A DNA stretch of 64,000 nt, taken from the NCBI GenBank assembly GCA_047601445.1, contig JASGJH010000001.1, forward strand, positions 2,848,001 through 2,912,000, in the 5' to 3' direction. The notes below the pieces were generated by a model. The model was not told the DNA's origin. It did no database searches and worked only from the letters and a program-made list of their open reading frames with translations. The first letter of the stretch is position 1; the number at the start of each line of letters is the position of its first letter. A program made the position numbers and the translations under genes. Below, piece by piece: positions 20,554 to 30,175 of the stretch. This DNA is from Myxococcales bacterium. GTDB lineage: Bacteria; Myxococcota_A; Polyangia; Polyangiales; DASUME01.

Positions 20554-21858
20554 TCAAGGCGGAGGCAAGCTCAGCTCGGACCGCCGGCTCTGTCTCCATC
20601 TCTCTGCAAGGTCCAATACTGCTGCTTGATCAAGCTCCTGAGCTGCCAGCGTCCTGATCAGAGGAACCACGTACCAGAATCGTGCCTCGTCATTTGGAAC
20701 GCCTAGCGCTCGATAGGCATGTGCCGCCATCCGTTGAGCCATCGAGGCGCCGGGGCCGAAGCCCATATTGACGGGCCGAAACCAGTGGTCGCGCAAAGCT
20801 TCTGCTCCCGTGTCGTCGAGGTTGAAGCGCAGCACCTCGCCCTCCAGACCGCTGAGCTCCCCAGGTACGCCGCCGGCACGAACGACGGTAGGCCTTAGTG
20901 CCAGCAGCGTGTTCACCACCTCGCCTACCGGAACCATCGTCTGCCCGCCGGGGCTCACCACTTCGGCATCGACCCCATCCCTGCTTATCGCGAACGCGGG
21001 CCACCTGCCTGGGGAATGACGTATCCAAACCGTTGCATTGCCTGTCGGATCAATGGCATCCACGGGGTTGTTCAAGACGTACTGATACCCATTGGCGCAC
21101 TCGAAGGGGCGGGCCAGGCAGGCCCTGCTATCGCTGAGGAGGAGCGGGTCGGGACTTAGCCAGCGGCCATCGATCGGATCCAGTTCCCGCGCTTGCACGT
21201 GGAGCAGATTCGTGGTCGGGTCCCGGCGCTGCCCGGTGAAACCGTAGGGATCGACGTGCCCCAGCTTCGCCTCGCGAGGTTCGCCTGTGATGTCGAACGC
21301 GCACTCCCCGAGCGCTGCGGCAGCCGGCCCACTCGCTGAAATCACGCTACCGAGGTGGTCGTAGTGAAGATAGACCGTGGCTGAAGTGTGCTCCAGAAGC
21401 AGTCGCCGCGCGCTCGCGTAGAGGTGCCGAAGGGTGGGCCTCTGGAGAAGGCTTACCAACCAGACGTCTCCGATGTCGATTCGCGCGTCCGGGCGCTGGG
21501 CCAGGTCACCCACGAGGTCCGGCTGCAACGTGCCAGAGCTGCGGCGCGCGACCCGACGCTCGCCGAGTCGCATGTACACCACGGAGACGCCGTCGTGCAC
21601 CTCGAAGTTGGGGCCGACGAAGTAGGTCACGCTGCCATCGTGCTCTTCGAATACCCGGTCGACGCCTGGCGCGGGAAAGTACTCGGCAACATGAGGGCCC
21701 GCTCGGGCGGCGAGCAGCCGACCCGCTTGGTCCCACCGAAGCTCGACGGCGGCTCCTGAGTCTCCGGTCTCCGCGCGTGTCGTCGCCACCCAGCCCACAA
21801 TCAATGCGGACGCGACCATGCGCGAGGGTGACGTCTTCAGCGCGCACAAGAGAGCCAC
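20554..21858 (-). CDS. Secreted mini-Rhs protein, copy 5
   Basis: Signal-like SALIVGWVATTRA-E; YLHYDHLGS, GRWLSPDP, NNPVDAIDPTG; GGAGG upstream. Confidence 0.9.
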   Translation of the reverse strand: MALLCALKTSPSRMVASALIVGWVATTRAETGDSGAAVELRWDQAGRLLAARAGPHVAEYFPAPGVDRVFEEHDGSVTYFVGPNFEVHDGVSVVYMRLGERRVARRSSGTLQPDLVGDLAQRPDARIDIGDVWLVSLLQRPTLRHLYASARRLLLEHTSATVYLHYDHLGSVISASGPAAAALGECAFDITGEPREAKLGHVDPYGFTGQRRDPTTNLLHVQARELDPIDGRWLSPDPLLLSDSRACLARPFECANGYQYVLNNPVDAIDPTGNATVWIRHSPGRWPAFAISRDGVDAEVVSPGGQTMVPVGEVVNTLLALRPTVVRAGGVPGELSGLEGEVLRFNLDDTGAEALRDHWFRPVNMGFGPGASMAQRMAAHAYRALGVPNDEARFWYVVPLIRTLAAQELDQAAVLDLAERWRQSRRSELSLPPP

Positions 21859-21864
21859 CTCGTC

Positions 21865-22560
21865 CTACCTCCCGAGATGAGGTTCCGCGAACGTGGCGAC
21901 CATCGGCGTCGGCGCCGGCGCGCGTCGCCGAACCGGGAGCGCCCTCAGCGCCTTGCGCGCAAGGAGATCGCGCTCCGTAGGGGACTGAAAGTCCCAAGCG
22001 AGCACGGACCACCGCTCCTGCTCTTCGCGATAGGCGTAAACACGTCGAAAGCCCACGCGCTGCAGCGTGCGCAGCGAGCGCGAGTTGGAGGTCGAGACCT
22101 CCGTGACGACGCAGTCGAACCATCCGCCGTAGTACTTGCGATGCGCCGCATGGAGCGCCTCACACATGTGCTTGCCGCGCGCGCCGCGCTCCAGGCAGGG
22201 TTGCCCCATGAGATAGAACCCTGTAGCCCGCAGCGGCCTGCCACGGAAGCTCGAGCCGCGCAGGAGCTCGAACAACGGGCGGAGCTCGGGCAACAAGTCG
22301 CGCGCCAGGCGCGGCGGGAGCGCCAGCGAGTAGCCGACCACCTTACCGGCTCGCCTGGCGACCACGCTCGGCATGACCTCGTGCAGCGCGCGCAGCACCG
22401 GCAGCGTATAGAGCGCGGCCAGCAAGGCCTGCTTGCCGTCCGGCGCAGCGGCCAGGCAGCGACGCTGCAGGTCACTCATGCCCTCGAGGTCACCCTCGTC
22501 TGCAAGGCCGATCTCGGTTGGGGCTCGAACCTTGGAAACGTGCTCGTATGACTGGCTCAT
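21865..22560 (-). CDS. GNAT family N-acetyltransferase-like protein
   Basis: MGQPCLERGARGKH (acetyl-CoA motif A-like) and TEVSTSNSRSLRTLQRVGF (motif B-like). Confidence 0.8.
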   Translation of the reverse strand: MSQSYEHVSKVRAPTEIGLADEGDLEGMSDLQRRCLAAAPDGKQALLAALYTLPVLRALHEVMPSVVARRAGKVVGYSLALPPRLARDLLPELRPLFELLRGSSFRGRPLRATGFYLMGQPCLERGARGKHMCEALHAAHRKYYGGWFDCVVTEVSTSNSRSLRTLQRVGFRRVYAYREEQERWSVLAWDFQSPTERDLLARKALRALPVRRRAPAPTPMVATFAEPHLGR

Positions 22561-22738
22561 CTACGTCCTCATCTTGCAACCCCTGGCTGCGCCCCAGGGC
22601 GACGGGTGTCGGCTCTCGACTCGCGAGCTCGCAGCGCGCGAGCGACGCGCTACAAAAGCATGGCCGCGTCCAAGCGGAAAGAGAGCCGAAGCGCCTAGTC
22701 TCGAGCGCCGAACGAGAGCTAGGACTCCCGTCATCTGG

Positions 22739-24037
22739 CTAGAAGCGCTGCACCGAATGAGCAGGCCGTGGCCGGGGTCCCCGCTTTTTCTGCTTGGGCG
22801 GTGGTGGCGGTCGGGCGTTCGCCAACATGCGCTTCGCCTCTCCCAACGAATCGTTGTCATCCTGGTCCGCCGGCATGCGCTGCGTCTGCCGCCGCCTCCC
22901 TTGCTTGCGCGCATCTTGCGGCGCGGGCGGCTCGAAGCGCAGACGAAGGTCGCTCTCCAACAACTTGGCAAATTGCGTGAACAAGTAGTCTTCGAGTTCC
23001 TCTTCCTTCCAGCTGAGCATCGCGCTGACCCCATCAGGGTTGGCCTGATAAACCCAGGCCTTTTCGCCCTGGGTCTCAAACCCCTTGATCGCAGCATCCC
23101 TGTCCTCGGGTTGTACCTCGTAGCGGGCCTTCGTGGCGAGATAGACGAGGCCTTCAGAATTACCTATGAGAAGCGAGATACTCGGCTTCCCATCGTCCGC
23201 TTTGTGTATCTTGACGCGGACAGTTTGAAACTCCGCAGCCTCCGCGTCCTGCCCGGTGGGATCGATCAAGTCGACGGGGTTGTTCAGGACGTATTGGTAC
23301 CCGTTGGCGCACTCGAAGGGCTTGGCCAGGCAGGCGCGAGCGTCGGTGAGAAACAGCGGGTCGGGGCTGATCCAGTGCGCCGCGCGGGCGTCGAGCTCGC
23401 GATACTGGAAGTGCAAGAGATCCGTGGTCGGGTCCCGACGCTGGTTCGTGAACGTGTAGCCGTCGAGGTAGCCGTGGCACGCGCGCAACGCGCCGTCGGC
23501 CTGAAAGGCGCAGTCGGCGAGTAACCGACCGCGAGCGTCGGTGGCGAGCGTGGCGTTGCCAAGGTGGTCCTGGTGCAAAGAGACGGCGGCGGGCGCGTGG
23601 TCGAGCAGCAGCCTGCGGGCGCTGGCGTAGAGCACACGCCTGGATGGCTCGCTGCGCTCGCGCAGGAGCCAAGCGTCGCCCACCTCGGTGCGTGCCGTCG
23701 CGCCCTTGCTGTGTGCCGGATCAGGGAGCAACTGCGCTTGTAGATTGCTCTGGCCTAGGCGCGCGACACGCCGCTCGCCGAATCGGGCATAGGTGATGCT
23801 GATTCCGTCCCGGATCTCGAAGTTCTGACCGATGTAGAAGGTCACGCTGCCCGCGTGGTCCTCGAGCACCCGGCCGGGCCCCTCGCCGTAGAAGTAGCTG
23901 GCATCGTGCGAGGCGAGCGTCGCCCTCGCGAGCCGACCTTGGTGATCCCAGCGCAATCCAGCCGCCTCCGCGCGCACCGAAGACGCGACGGCCAAGCTCG
24001 CCAGCGTCAGCTCCAAACACTTCATCCATCTGCGCAT
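22739..24037 (-). CDS. Secreted mini-Rhs protein, copy 6
   Basis: Signal peptide LTLASLAVASSVRA-E; HWISPDP, CLAKPFEC, NNPVDLIDPTG. Confidence 0.9.
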   Translation of the reverse strand: MRRWMKCLELTLASLAVASSVRAEAAGLRWDHQGRLARATLASHDASYFYGEGPGRVLEDHAGSVTFYIGQNFEIRDGISITYARFGERRVARLGQSNLQAQLLPDPAHSKGATARTEVGDAWLLRERSEPSRRVLYASARRLLLDHAPAAVSLHQDHLGNATLATDARGRLLADCAFQADGALRACHGYLDGYTFTNQRRDPTTDLLHFQYRELDARAAHWISPDPLFLTDARACLAKPFECANGYQYVLNNPVDLIDPTGQDAEAAEFQTVRVKIHKADDGKPSISLLIGNSEGLVYLATKARYEVQPEDRDAAIKGFETQGEKAWVYQANPDGVSAMLSWKEEELEDYLFTQFAKLLESDLRLRFEPPAPQDARKQGRRRQTQRMPADQDDNDSLGEAKRMLANARPPPPPKQKKRGPRPRPAHSVQRF

Positions 24038-24215
24038 AGGCTCGCACCAGTTCGTCGCGCAGCGTCGCACGCAATGCCGAATGCGTATAGTCGTTCGAAT
24101 GTCCTAGGATTCGAGCGGGCAGGCGAGCATCAGTCAGGCGAGGCCTGATCGTCGCGCCCCGTAGGCCTTTGATCCGGCTGTCCCAAGCTTCACGCGCCTG
24201 CTAGTGCGGCCAGCC

Positions 24216-25631
24216 ATGATGCATACGCTTGGCGTCAGCCTCGTCCGCTCGATCATGCTCGCGCTGGGGTCGGCGCTCTGGACTTCGCTGGCAGGTGCGC
24301 AAACGGTTGTCGCGCCTGGCGGGCTCGACCTGCACTGGGACTACCAGGGACGACTAGCCGCGGCCGGTTCCCGCGCGCATTCGGGCAAGTATTTTCATGC
24401 CGACGGAGTCGACCGTGTGCTGGAGGAACACGATGGCAGCGTGGCCTACTACCTCGGCACGAGCTTCGAGGTGCACGACGGCATCGCGGTGATCCACGTC
24501 CGACACGGAGAGCACATCATCGCGCGCAAGAGCGACACGAGCCTGCAGGTAGACGTGCTGGACGATCTCGCCGTGAATCCCGGGTCCCAAGCTCGCATCG
24601 ATGCCGGTGACGCCTGGGTGTCGACCCGACTACCGCAGCACGCCGCATCGAGACGCTACCTCTATGCGAGCGCGCGCCGGCTGCTGCTCGAGCACGCCGC
24701 GGGCGCAGTGTCTTTGCATTCGGACCCGCTCGGAAGCCTTACCCTGGCCACGGGTCCCGAAGGACAGCCGCTCGGGGAGCGAGCTTTTCATGCCACGGGG
24801 CAAGAACGTGCCGGCCACGGCCTGGTGGACCGTGATGGTTTCACAGGGAAGCGGCATGATCCGACCACCGACCTCGTCCACCTGCCATTTCGCGAGCTCG
24901 AGGTCGAGGCCGGGCGCTGGCTAAGTCCTGATCCGCTGTTTCTCGTCGATGCACGCCTCTGCCTTGCTCGGCCCTTCGAGTGTGCCAACGGGTATCACTA
25001 CGTGCTGAACAACCCCGTCGATGCCTTCGACCCCACAGGCGCGGCAAGAGTGCTGATCACGCTGGAAGCCGCGGGTGGAGGCAGAATGGCGCTCGAGCAA
25101 ACGAACGGCTCCTTCCTGCTTGTCGATCTGCTGGACAACTCGCGGCGCGGTCTCAACGCCGGTACCCCCCGACTCTTCACGCTCGTTGGGCTCAATGAGC
25201 AAGATGCGCTCGAACAGACCGCGGAGTGGCTAACCACGATCCCAAACACACGGAGTATGATCTTCAGGGATCTGGAGCCCAGGACCGTCATGGGGGTCGA
25301 GCATGCGTTGCGCAACCGGAGGGCCATGTGGGACGAGTTCTACCATGCGCTTGCTACCGGTTCCCCGCCGGCGAATCTTGCGCTGGAGCGTCTGGAGGTA
25401 CTGATGACCTCCATGGCGACCCTACGAGAAGCGAGCCATGGCAACCCGCCACTCCGCTGCCAAAGACGATTCCTCGGAACGGTGTACATGCTCGAGCGCG
25501 GCGAGGCCGGCCTCGATCCAGAGGGGGAGCGTCTAGACTCCCTCAGACAGAGTGCCCCCCGCCGGTTCGGCGAGATTCCGCCGGTGCGAATCCTTCGGGG
25601 ACGCGAGCATTCGTCCGCGCCTTCAACGTGA
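24216..25631 (+). CDS. Secreted mini-Rhs protein, copy 7
   Basis: Signal peptide nearly identical to copy 4; GRWLSPDP, NNPVDAFDPTG. Confidence 0.9.
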   Translation: MMHTLGVSLVRSIMLALGSALWTSLAGAQTVVAPGGLDLHWDYQGRLAAAGSRAHSGKYFHADGVDRVLEEHDGSVAYYLGTSFEVHDGIAVIHVRHGEHIIARKSDTSLQVDVLDDLAVNPGSQARIDAGDAWVSTRLPQHAASRRYLYASARRLLLEHAAGAVSLHSDPLGSLTLATGPEGQPLGERAFHATGQERAGHGLVDRDGFTGKRHDPTTDLVHLPFRELEVEAGRWLSPDPLFLVDARLCLARPFECANGYHYVLNNPVDAFDPTGAARVLITLEAAGGGRMALEQTNGSFLLVDLLDNSRRGLNAGTPRLFTLVGLNEQDALEQTAEWLTTIPNTRSMIFRDLEPRTVMGVEHALRNRRAMWDEFYHALATGSPPANLALERLEVLMTSMATLREASHGNPPLRCQRRFLGTVYMLERGEAGLDPEGERLDSLRQSAPRRFGEIPPVRILRGREHSSAPST

Positions 25632-25680
25632 TCCTTCGATCACGAAGCGTCGAGGGCGCGCGCCTCCCTCCAATGGAGCC

Positions 25681-27087
25681 ATGGTGAGAAAGAAAATGCG
25701 CTTGAAATCCGTTCTATTTGGCATCGCGTTGCTGGCCTGCGGTCCCACAGCGGCGGCACTTGCGGAGGCCGAACCCGCGGACGAGCGGGCCGCGTCGACA
25801 CGCTCCGCCACCGAGCTGCGCTGGGACCACCGAGGGCGCCTGGCAACGGCGACCTCGCACGGTCACGCGGGCAGCTACTTCTACGCGGACGGCGTGGAAC
25901 GTGTGCTCGAGGAGCACGACGGCAGCGTCACCTATTACATCGGTCCGAACTTCGAGCTGCGCGATGGTGTGGCCATTCACTACGCGCGCGCTGCCGATCG
26001 CCGCGTCGCGCGCATGGGTACCACCACCTTGCAGGCGAGCGTCCTCAACGACCCGGAGCTCGGCACCGCGGTCGCCCCGCGCATCGATGTCGCAGACGCC
26101 TGGCGGCGCCGCGCCGAGCGGACTCCGCTCATCCGGCACCTCTACGCGAGCGCACGCCGGCTCTTGCTCGAGCACACGCCATCCACTGTGTTTCTGCACC
26201 ACGACCGCCACGGCAGCACGACCCTGGCCTCGGGCCCAGACGCTCAGCTCCTCGGAGACTGCGCCTTTCACGCCAGCGGCGCGAACCTGGCCCGCACCGG
26301 CTACGTGGACACCTACGGCTTCACCGGTCAGCGCACCGATCCCACCACCGGACTCGTGCACTTCCCGTTCCGAGAGCTGGATCCGCGCTTCAGTCGCTGG
26401 CTCAGCCCCGACCCCATGTTCTTGCGCGACGGCAACGCCTGCCTCGCGCGTCCCTTCGAGTGCCGACACGGCTACGCCTACGCCACCAACAACCCGGTGG
26501 ACCTGGTCGACCCCACCGGCGAAGTTGTCTTCGTCATCGCCTTCGACGGGGGGGTATGGATCCTGGTGGAGCAGACGGCGGAACCCGGCGAGTTCCCCAC
26601 GCAGACCCTGTACACGAACGACGGCAAGGATCATGTAGATCACACCGGACAACTTTGGGACGACGACCGCGTGGAGCCCGCACTCCGCATTGCGCAAAAC
26701 GCGGAAAGATGGGGCGAGAGGACCACGATCAAAGGCTTCGGAGCTAGCGTCAGCGTAGGTGGCATAGTCTCCTTGAATGGCCCAAGACTCGAGGTCGCGG
26801 CGATTCTGCTCGAGGATAGCGAGACCGACGAGTTTCGTTCCAGACTGGGCAGCGCATACGTCGACCGATACGTGGGAATCATGGAGGGAGACGCCGAACC
26901 AAAGGCTAGTCACGCTCCCGTAAAGACCGACCTCCAACTAGAGCTCGAGGTGCTACGGGAGATGGTTTACTCGTCGGACGAGGTTCGGAGCTTGCCTATT
27001 GAACCCGTGGCGAGTTTCTGTCGTGAGGTCGGAGACATGATCAGGGTTCGGCGCGGTGGCGTGTACAAGTCCGGCCGACTACTTTGA
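25681..27087 (+). CDS. Secreted mini-Rhs protein, copy 8
   Basis: MVRKKMRLKSVLFGIALLACGPTAAALA signal; SRWLSPDP, CLARPFEC, NNPVDLVDPTG. Confidence 0.9.
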   Translation: MVRKKMRLKSVLFGIALLACGPTAAALAEAEPADERAASTRSATELRWDHRGRLATATSHGHAGSYFYADGVERVLEEHDGSVTYYIGPNFELRDGVAIHYARAADRRVARMGTTTLQASVLNDPELGTAVAPRIDVADAWRRRAERTPLIRHLYASARRLLLEHTPSTVFLHHDRHGSTTLASGPDAQLLGDCAFHASGANLARTGYVDTYGFTGQRTDPTTGLVHFPFRELDPRFSRWLSPDPMFLRDGNACLARPFECRHGYAYATNNPVDLVDPTGEVVFVIAFDGGVWILVEQTAEPGEFPTQTLYTNDGKDHVDHTGQLWDDDRVEPALRIAQNAERWGERTTIKGFGASVSVGGIVSLNGPRLEVAAILLEDSETDEFRSRLGSAYVDRYVGIMEGDAEPKASHAPVKTDLQLELEVLREMVYSSDEVRSLPIEPVASFCREVGDMIRVRRGGVYKSGRLL

Positions 27088-27299
27088 GCATGTGCGAGGC
27101 CAGAGCAGTCGACGCTGAGCGCGGTGCCGCGTCGGTCACCTTCACGAACTCGTTCCGGTTCACGAGCTCCGCCACCACGCTGCGCGCCCGTCAGATGAGA
27201 TGCGGTCGCTCGGCCCCCTGGCGCCCTCACAACAAACTCTGTCCGATGTAGTGCGCCGTGTCCGTTCGCTAGCCAGACAGGTGTACTGCGCCAGCGGTG

Positions 27300-28532
27300 T
27301 CAGTTGGCGCGGGCGGGTTGGCTATCATGCCGCTGACGAACGTCGGCGTGGCGAGACGCTTTCCTCCGCAGGTAGCTGCGCAGGTCCCGCAGGTCGTCGC
27401 GGAGGTACTTGAAGTCGTTGCGGACGCCCTCGACGAACTCGGCGAAGGAGCCTGGGTCGTGATTGGTGCCTAGGGCGATGAAAAACCGTGGGATCGCCCA
27501 GAGCGCCTTGCCACCGATGCTGCGCGCCCGGCTGCGCCAGGATTTCTTCGTACCTCCCTCGAACACAGGATTCGTCGTCTCCCTCTCGTGCCAGTCGTAG
27601 TTCGCGTACTCGGCGTCGTACGCAATCGCGGCCGGGTCCTCGTTCCCGTTCCGTGCGGTGATCGGGTCGCCAGGATCCGAAGCCTTCTCCTCGACTGACT
27701 CTCGCGCGTACGCCCGCTGAATCTTCGGCGGCAGGTCCGCCCACTCTTCCATCTCTCCCGTCGGGTCGATCAGATCCACTGGATTGTTCAGCACGAATTG
27801 ATAACCGTTGGCGCACTCGTAGGGCCGCGCCAGGCACGCGCTGCCGTCGACGAGGAACTTCGGGTCGGGACTCATCCAGGCTCCAACGGTTGGATCGAGC
27901 TCTCGAAACGCAAAGTGCACGAGCTTGCTGGAGAGGTCCGAGCGTTGTCCGGTGAAGCCGTAGCTGTCGACATGGCCATGACTCTCGTCGAGTTCGCCAG
28001 TCGCGACGAATGCGCGTTCCCCCAACGGTTGCCCCGTGGTTCCCGTGGCCAGCAGCGCGCTGCCCACCTGGTTGACGTGCAAGAACACGGTGGCGGGCCC
28101 CCCTTGCAGCAAGAGCCTGCGCGCGCTGCCATAGAGGTGGCGGGTTGGCTCACGCCCGGTGCTACCAGCCAGCCACGCGTCCCCGACGTCGATCCGTGCG
28201 TCCGGCACCAGATCGTCGAGCAGGCCGGCCTGCAGCACGCTTCGACTGCTGCGCGCGACGCGTTGGTCGCCCGCCTTGATGTACACGATCCCGATGCCGT
28301 CGCGCACCTCGAAGTTGCCAGCGATGTAGTACGTCACGCTGCCGTCATGCTCCTCGAGAGCGCGCTCGACCGTGTCGCCATAGAAATAGCCCGCCGTGTG
28401 CTCAGCGCGACTGACTGCAGCGACTCTACCTCGGTAGTCCCAGTCGAGCCGTGCCTGTGCGCGCGCCGAGGCAACCCAGCTCACGAGCGCGACCGCCATC
28501 AAGCCGATACTCCAACTCGTCCGTATGGCCAT
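27300..28532 (-). CDS. Secreted mini-Rhs protein, copy 9
   Basis: GAGGAG RBS; signal LMAVALVSWVASARA-Q; GAWMSPDP, NNPVDLIDPTG. Confidence 0.9.
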   Translation of the reverse strand: MAIRTSWSIGLMAVALVSWVASARAQARLDWDYRGRVAAVSRAEHTAGYFYGDTVERALEEHDGSVTYYIAGNFEVRDGIGIVYIKAGDQRVARSSRSVLQAGLLDDLVPDARIDVGDAWLAGSTGREPTRHLYGSARRLLLQGGPATVFLHVNQVGSALLATGTTGQPLGERAFVATGELDESHGHVDSYGFTGQRSDLSSKLVHFAFRELDPTVGAWMSPDPKFLVDGSACLARPYECANGYQFVLNNPVDLIDPTGEMEEWADLPPKIQRAYARESVEEKASDPGDPITARNGNEDPAAIAYDAEYANYDWHERETTNPVFEGGTKKSWRSRARSIGGKALWAIPRFFIALGTNHDPGSFAEFVEGVRNDFKYLRDDLRDLRSYLRRKASRHADVRQRHDSQPARAN

Positions 28533-28546
28533 CACTCCTCACATGG

Positions 28547-28563
28547 TTGGATGGTTGTTCTAG
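28547..28563 (-). promoter_or_regulatory. Conserved upstream motif CTAG-N7-RTCCAR (copy 9)
   Basis: CTAGAACAACCATCCAA on the coding strand just before the RBS. Confidence 0.45.
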
Positions 28564-28643
28564 GCGCGAGCGAGGAGCTCTCGCGGCGTCTGCGCCCGCG
28601 GCGATGTTCGGCTCCCCCGCTCGGTCGGGCGCCCCTGGGGCCA

Positions 28644-29894
28644 TCACCGCGAAAACTCAGATTCAACCCACCGAGGCATGGCACCGTCTAGAGGCAGGCT
28701 AGGACTGTCCTCAGGAATCGTTGCTAGTCCATCTTTCCTCAGTGCGAACACGTACTCCCAGAAGGCAAATTCTTCTCTTCCCCAGACATTCAAATCTACG
28801 GTTTCGCGATACTGTCGAAGTCGCCTGGAGATGGCCGAAGGGCGCGCCAAGAACCCCGGAAGTGGCGCCAGGACGAGCTCAAGGCCCGGAGGAGCCGCTG
28901 GGGCCCGTGGCATCAAGAAAGCGTGAAAGGGGGGCACAAGGCCCGGAGAAGCGCTGGGACGCGCCTTCCTCCATTGCCACGCTTCGCCCCGTACCTGCTC
29001 CCTAGCGCTCTCTAGCTCCTGCCGACCGACCCTGTGAATCGCGGCGCGGTACTGTCGCTCAATCTGCCATTTCCTGAGCATAGTCAGAGGCGAGAAGCTT
29101 CTCTCGCCGGTCGGGTCGACGAGGTCGGCCGGGTTGTTCAGCACGTATTGGTGTCCATTGGCGCACTCGAAGGGCCGCTCGAGGCACGCGCTGCTGTCGA
29201 GCAAGAAGAGCGGATCGGGGCTGGTCCAGCGCTCGACTCGGGTGTCCAGCTCGCGAACATGAAAATGCAGGAGCTTGGTGGTGAGATCCCGACGTTGGCC
29301 GGTGAAGCCATGGGCATCCACCTCGCCACGGCCGTCACGCACCTCGCCCGTGACATGGTACGCACGTTCGCCCAGGACCGGGGCCGCGGGCCCCGTGGCC
29401 AGCGTGAAGCTGCCGAGCTGATCATGGTGCAGAGAGGCGCTCGTCGGTGTGTGCTCGATCAGCGCGCGGCGGGCGCTAGCGTACAGATGGCGCGTAGACT
29501 CCTTGCCGGCACGCTGCATCAGCCAGGCATCACCGACCTCGATGCGCGCATCAGGCCTTGAGCTAGGGGCCAAATCTGCCAGCAGCTCGCTCTGCAGTAC
29601 GCTCTGGCTGGTGCGCAAGACGCGGCGATCACCCATGCGCGCGTAGGTGACCGTGATGCCGTCGCGCACCTCGAGATCCGGGCCCACGAAGAAGGTTACG
29701 CTGCCGGCCTGGACCTCGACGACGCGCTCGACGCCCTCGGAGTAAAAGTAGCTGCTTACGCGCCGATCGGAGCTCGCTCCAGTGAGCCGTCCCTGGAAAT
29801 CCCAACGAAGCTGGTCGCCGGCATCCGCCTGCGTCGACGATGCCCAGCCCAGCGTCACCCAGACCAGCACTGCCACCCGAGAAATGAGTCCCAT
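28644..29894 (-). CDS. Secreted mini-Rhs protein, copy 10
   Basis: Signal VAVLVWVTLGWASSTQA-D; ERWTSPDP, CLERPFEC, NNPADLVDPTG. Confidence 0.9.
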   Translation of the reverse strand: MGLISRVAVLVWVTLGWASSTQADAGDQLRWDFQGRLTGASSDRRVSSYFYSEGVERVVEVQAGSVTFFVGPDLEVRDGITVTYARMGDRRVLRTSQSVLQSELLADLAPSSRPDARIEVGDAWLMQRAGKESTRHLYASARRALIEHTPTSASLHHDQLGSFTLATGPAAPVLGERAYHVTGEVRDGRGEVDAHGFTGQRRDLTTKLLHFHVRELDTRVERWTSPDPLFLLDSSACLERPFECANGHQYVLNNPADLVDPTGERSFSPLTMLRKWQIERQYRAAIHRVGRQELESAREQVRGEAWQWRKARPSASPGLVPPFHAFLMPRAPAAPPGLELVLAPLPGFLARPSAISRRLRQYRETVDLNVWGREEFAFWEYVFALRKDGLATIPEDSPSLPLDGAMPRWVESEFSR

Positions 29895-30007
29895 ACATCC
29901 ACCTCGCGGAGCTTCCTAAGCCTCGGCCCTGTTCGGCGGCCGCAGGCGCTGCCCAGGGGGCTGGCCCAATCTGCCCCAATCTTGCAGGCAGGTCCGCAAT
30001 TGGACAG

Positions 30008-30024
30008 TTGGATGGATTGCCTAG
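30008..30024 (-). promoter_or_regulatory. Conserved upstream motif CTAG-N7-RTCCAR (copy 10)
   Basis: CTAGGCAATCCATCCAA on the coding strand ~114 bp before the start. Confidence 0.45.
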
Positions 30025-30175
30025 GGCGAGCGTTGGCAATCGCATGCCCGGGCAGGTCGGACCAGGCGCACCGAGACCTTGCCGATGGCGCTAGCCAGAG
30101 GGATGTCTACGCGAGCGGTCAGATGGCGCGCACGAAGCCTTGCACGGCGTCGTTCGCGTGGTGCCGACGGAAGGG

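Noticed and set aside
22561..23097. ORFs overlapping tip ends (22561-23097, 20354-20599, 30021-30311) as immunity genes
   Set aside because: They overlap the Rhs coding frames extensively, are Arg/Ser/Pro-rich like GC shadow frames and lack clear RBSs
25245..25300. Kinase catalytic-loop-like string (MIFRDLEPRTVM) in the copy 7 tip
   Set aside because: No Gly-rich loop, VAxK, DFG or APE motif around it; probably coincidental
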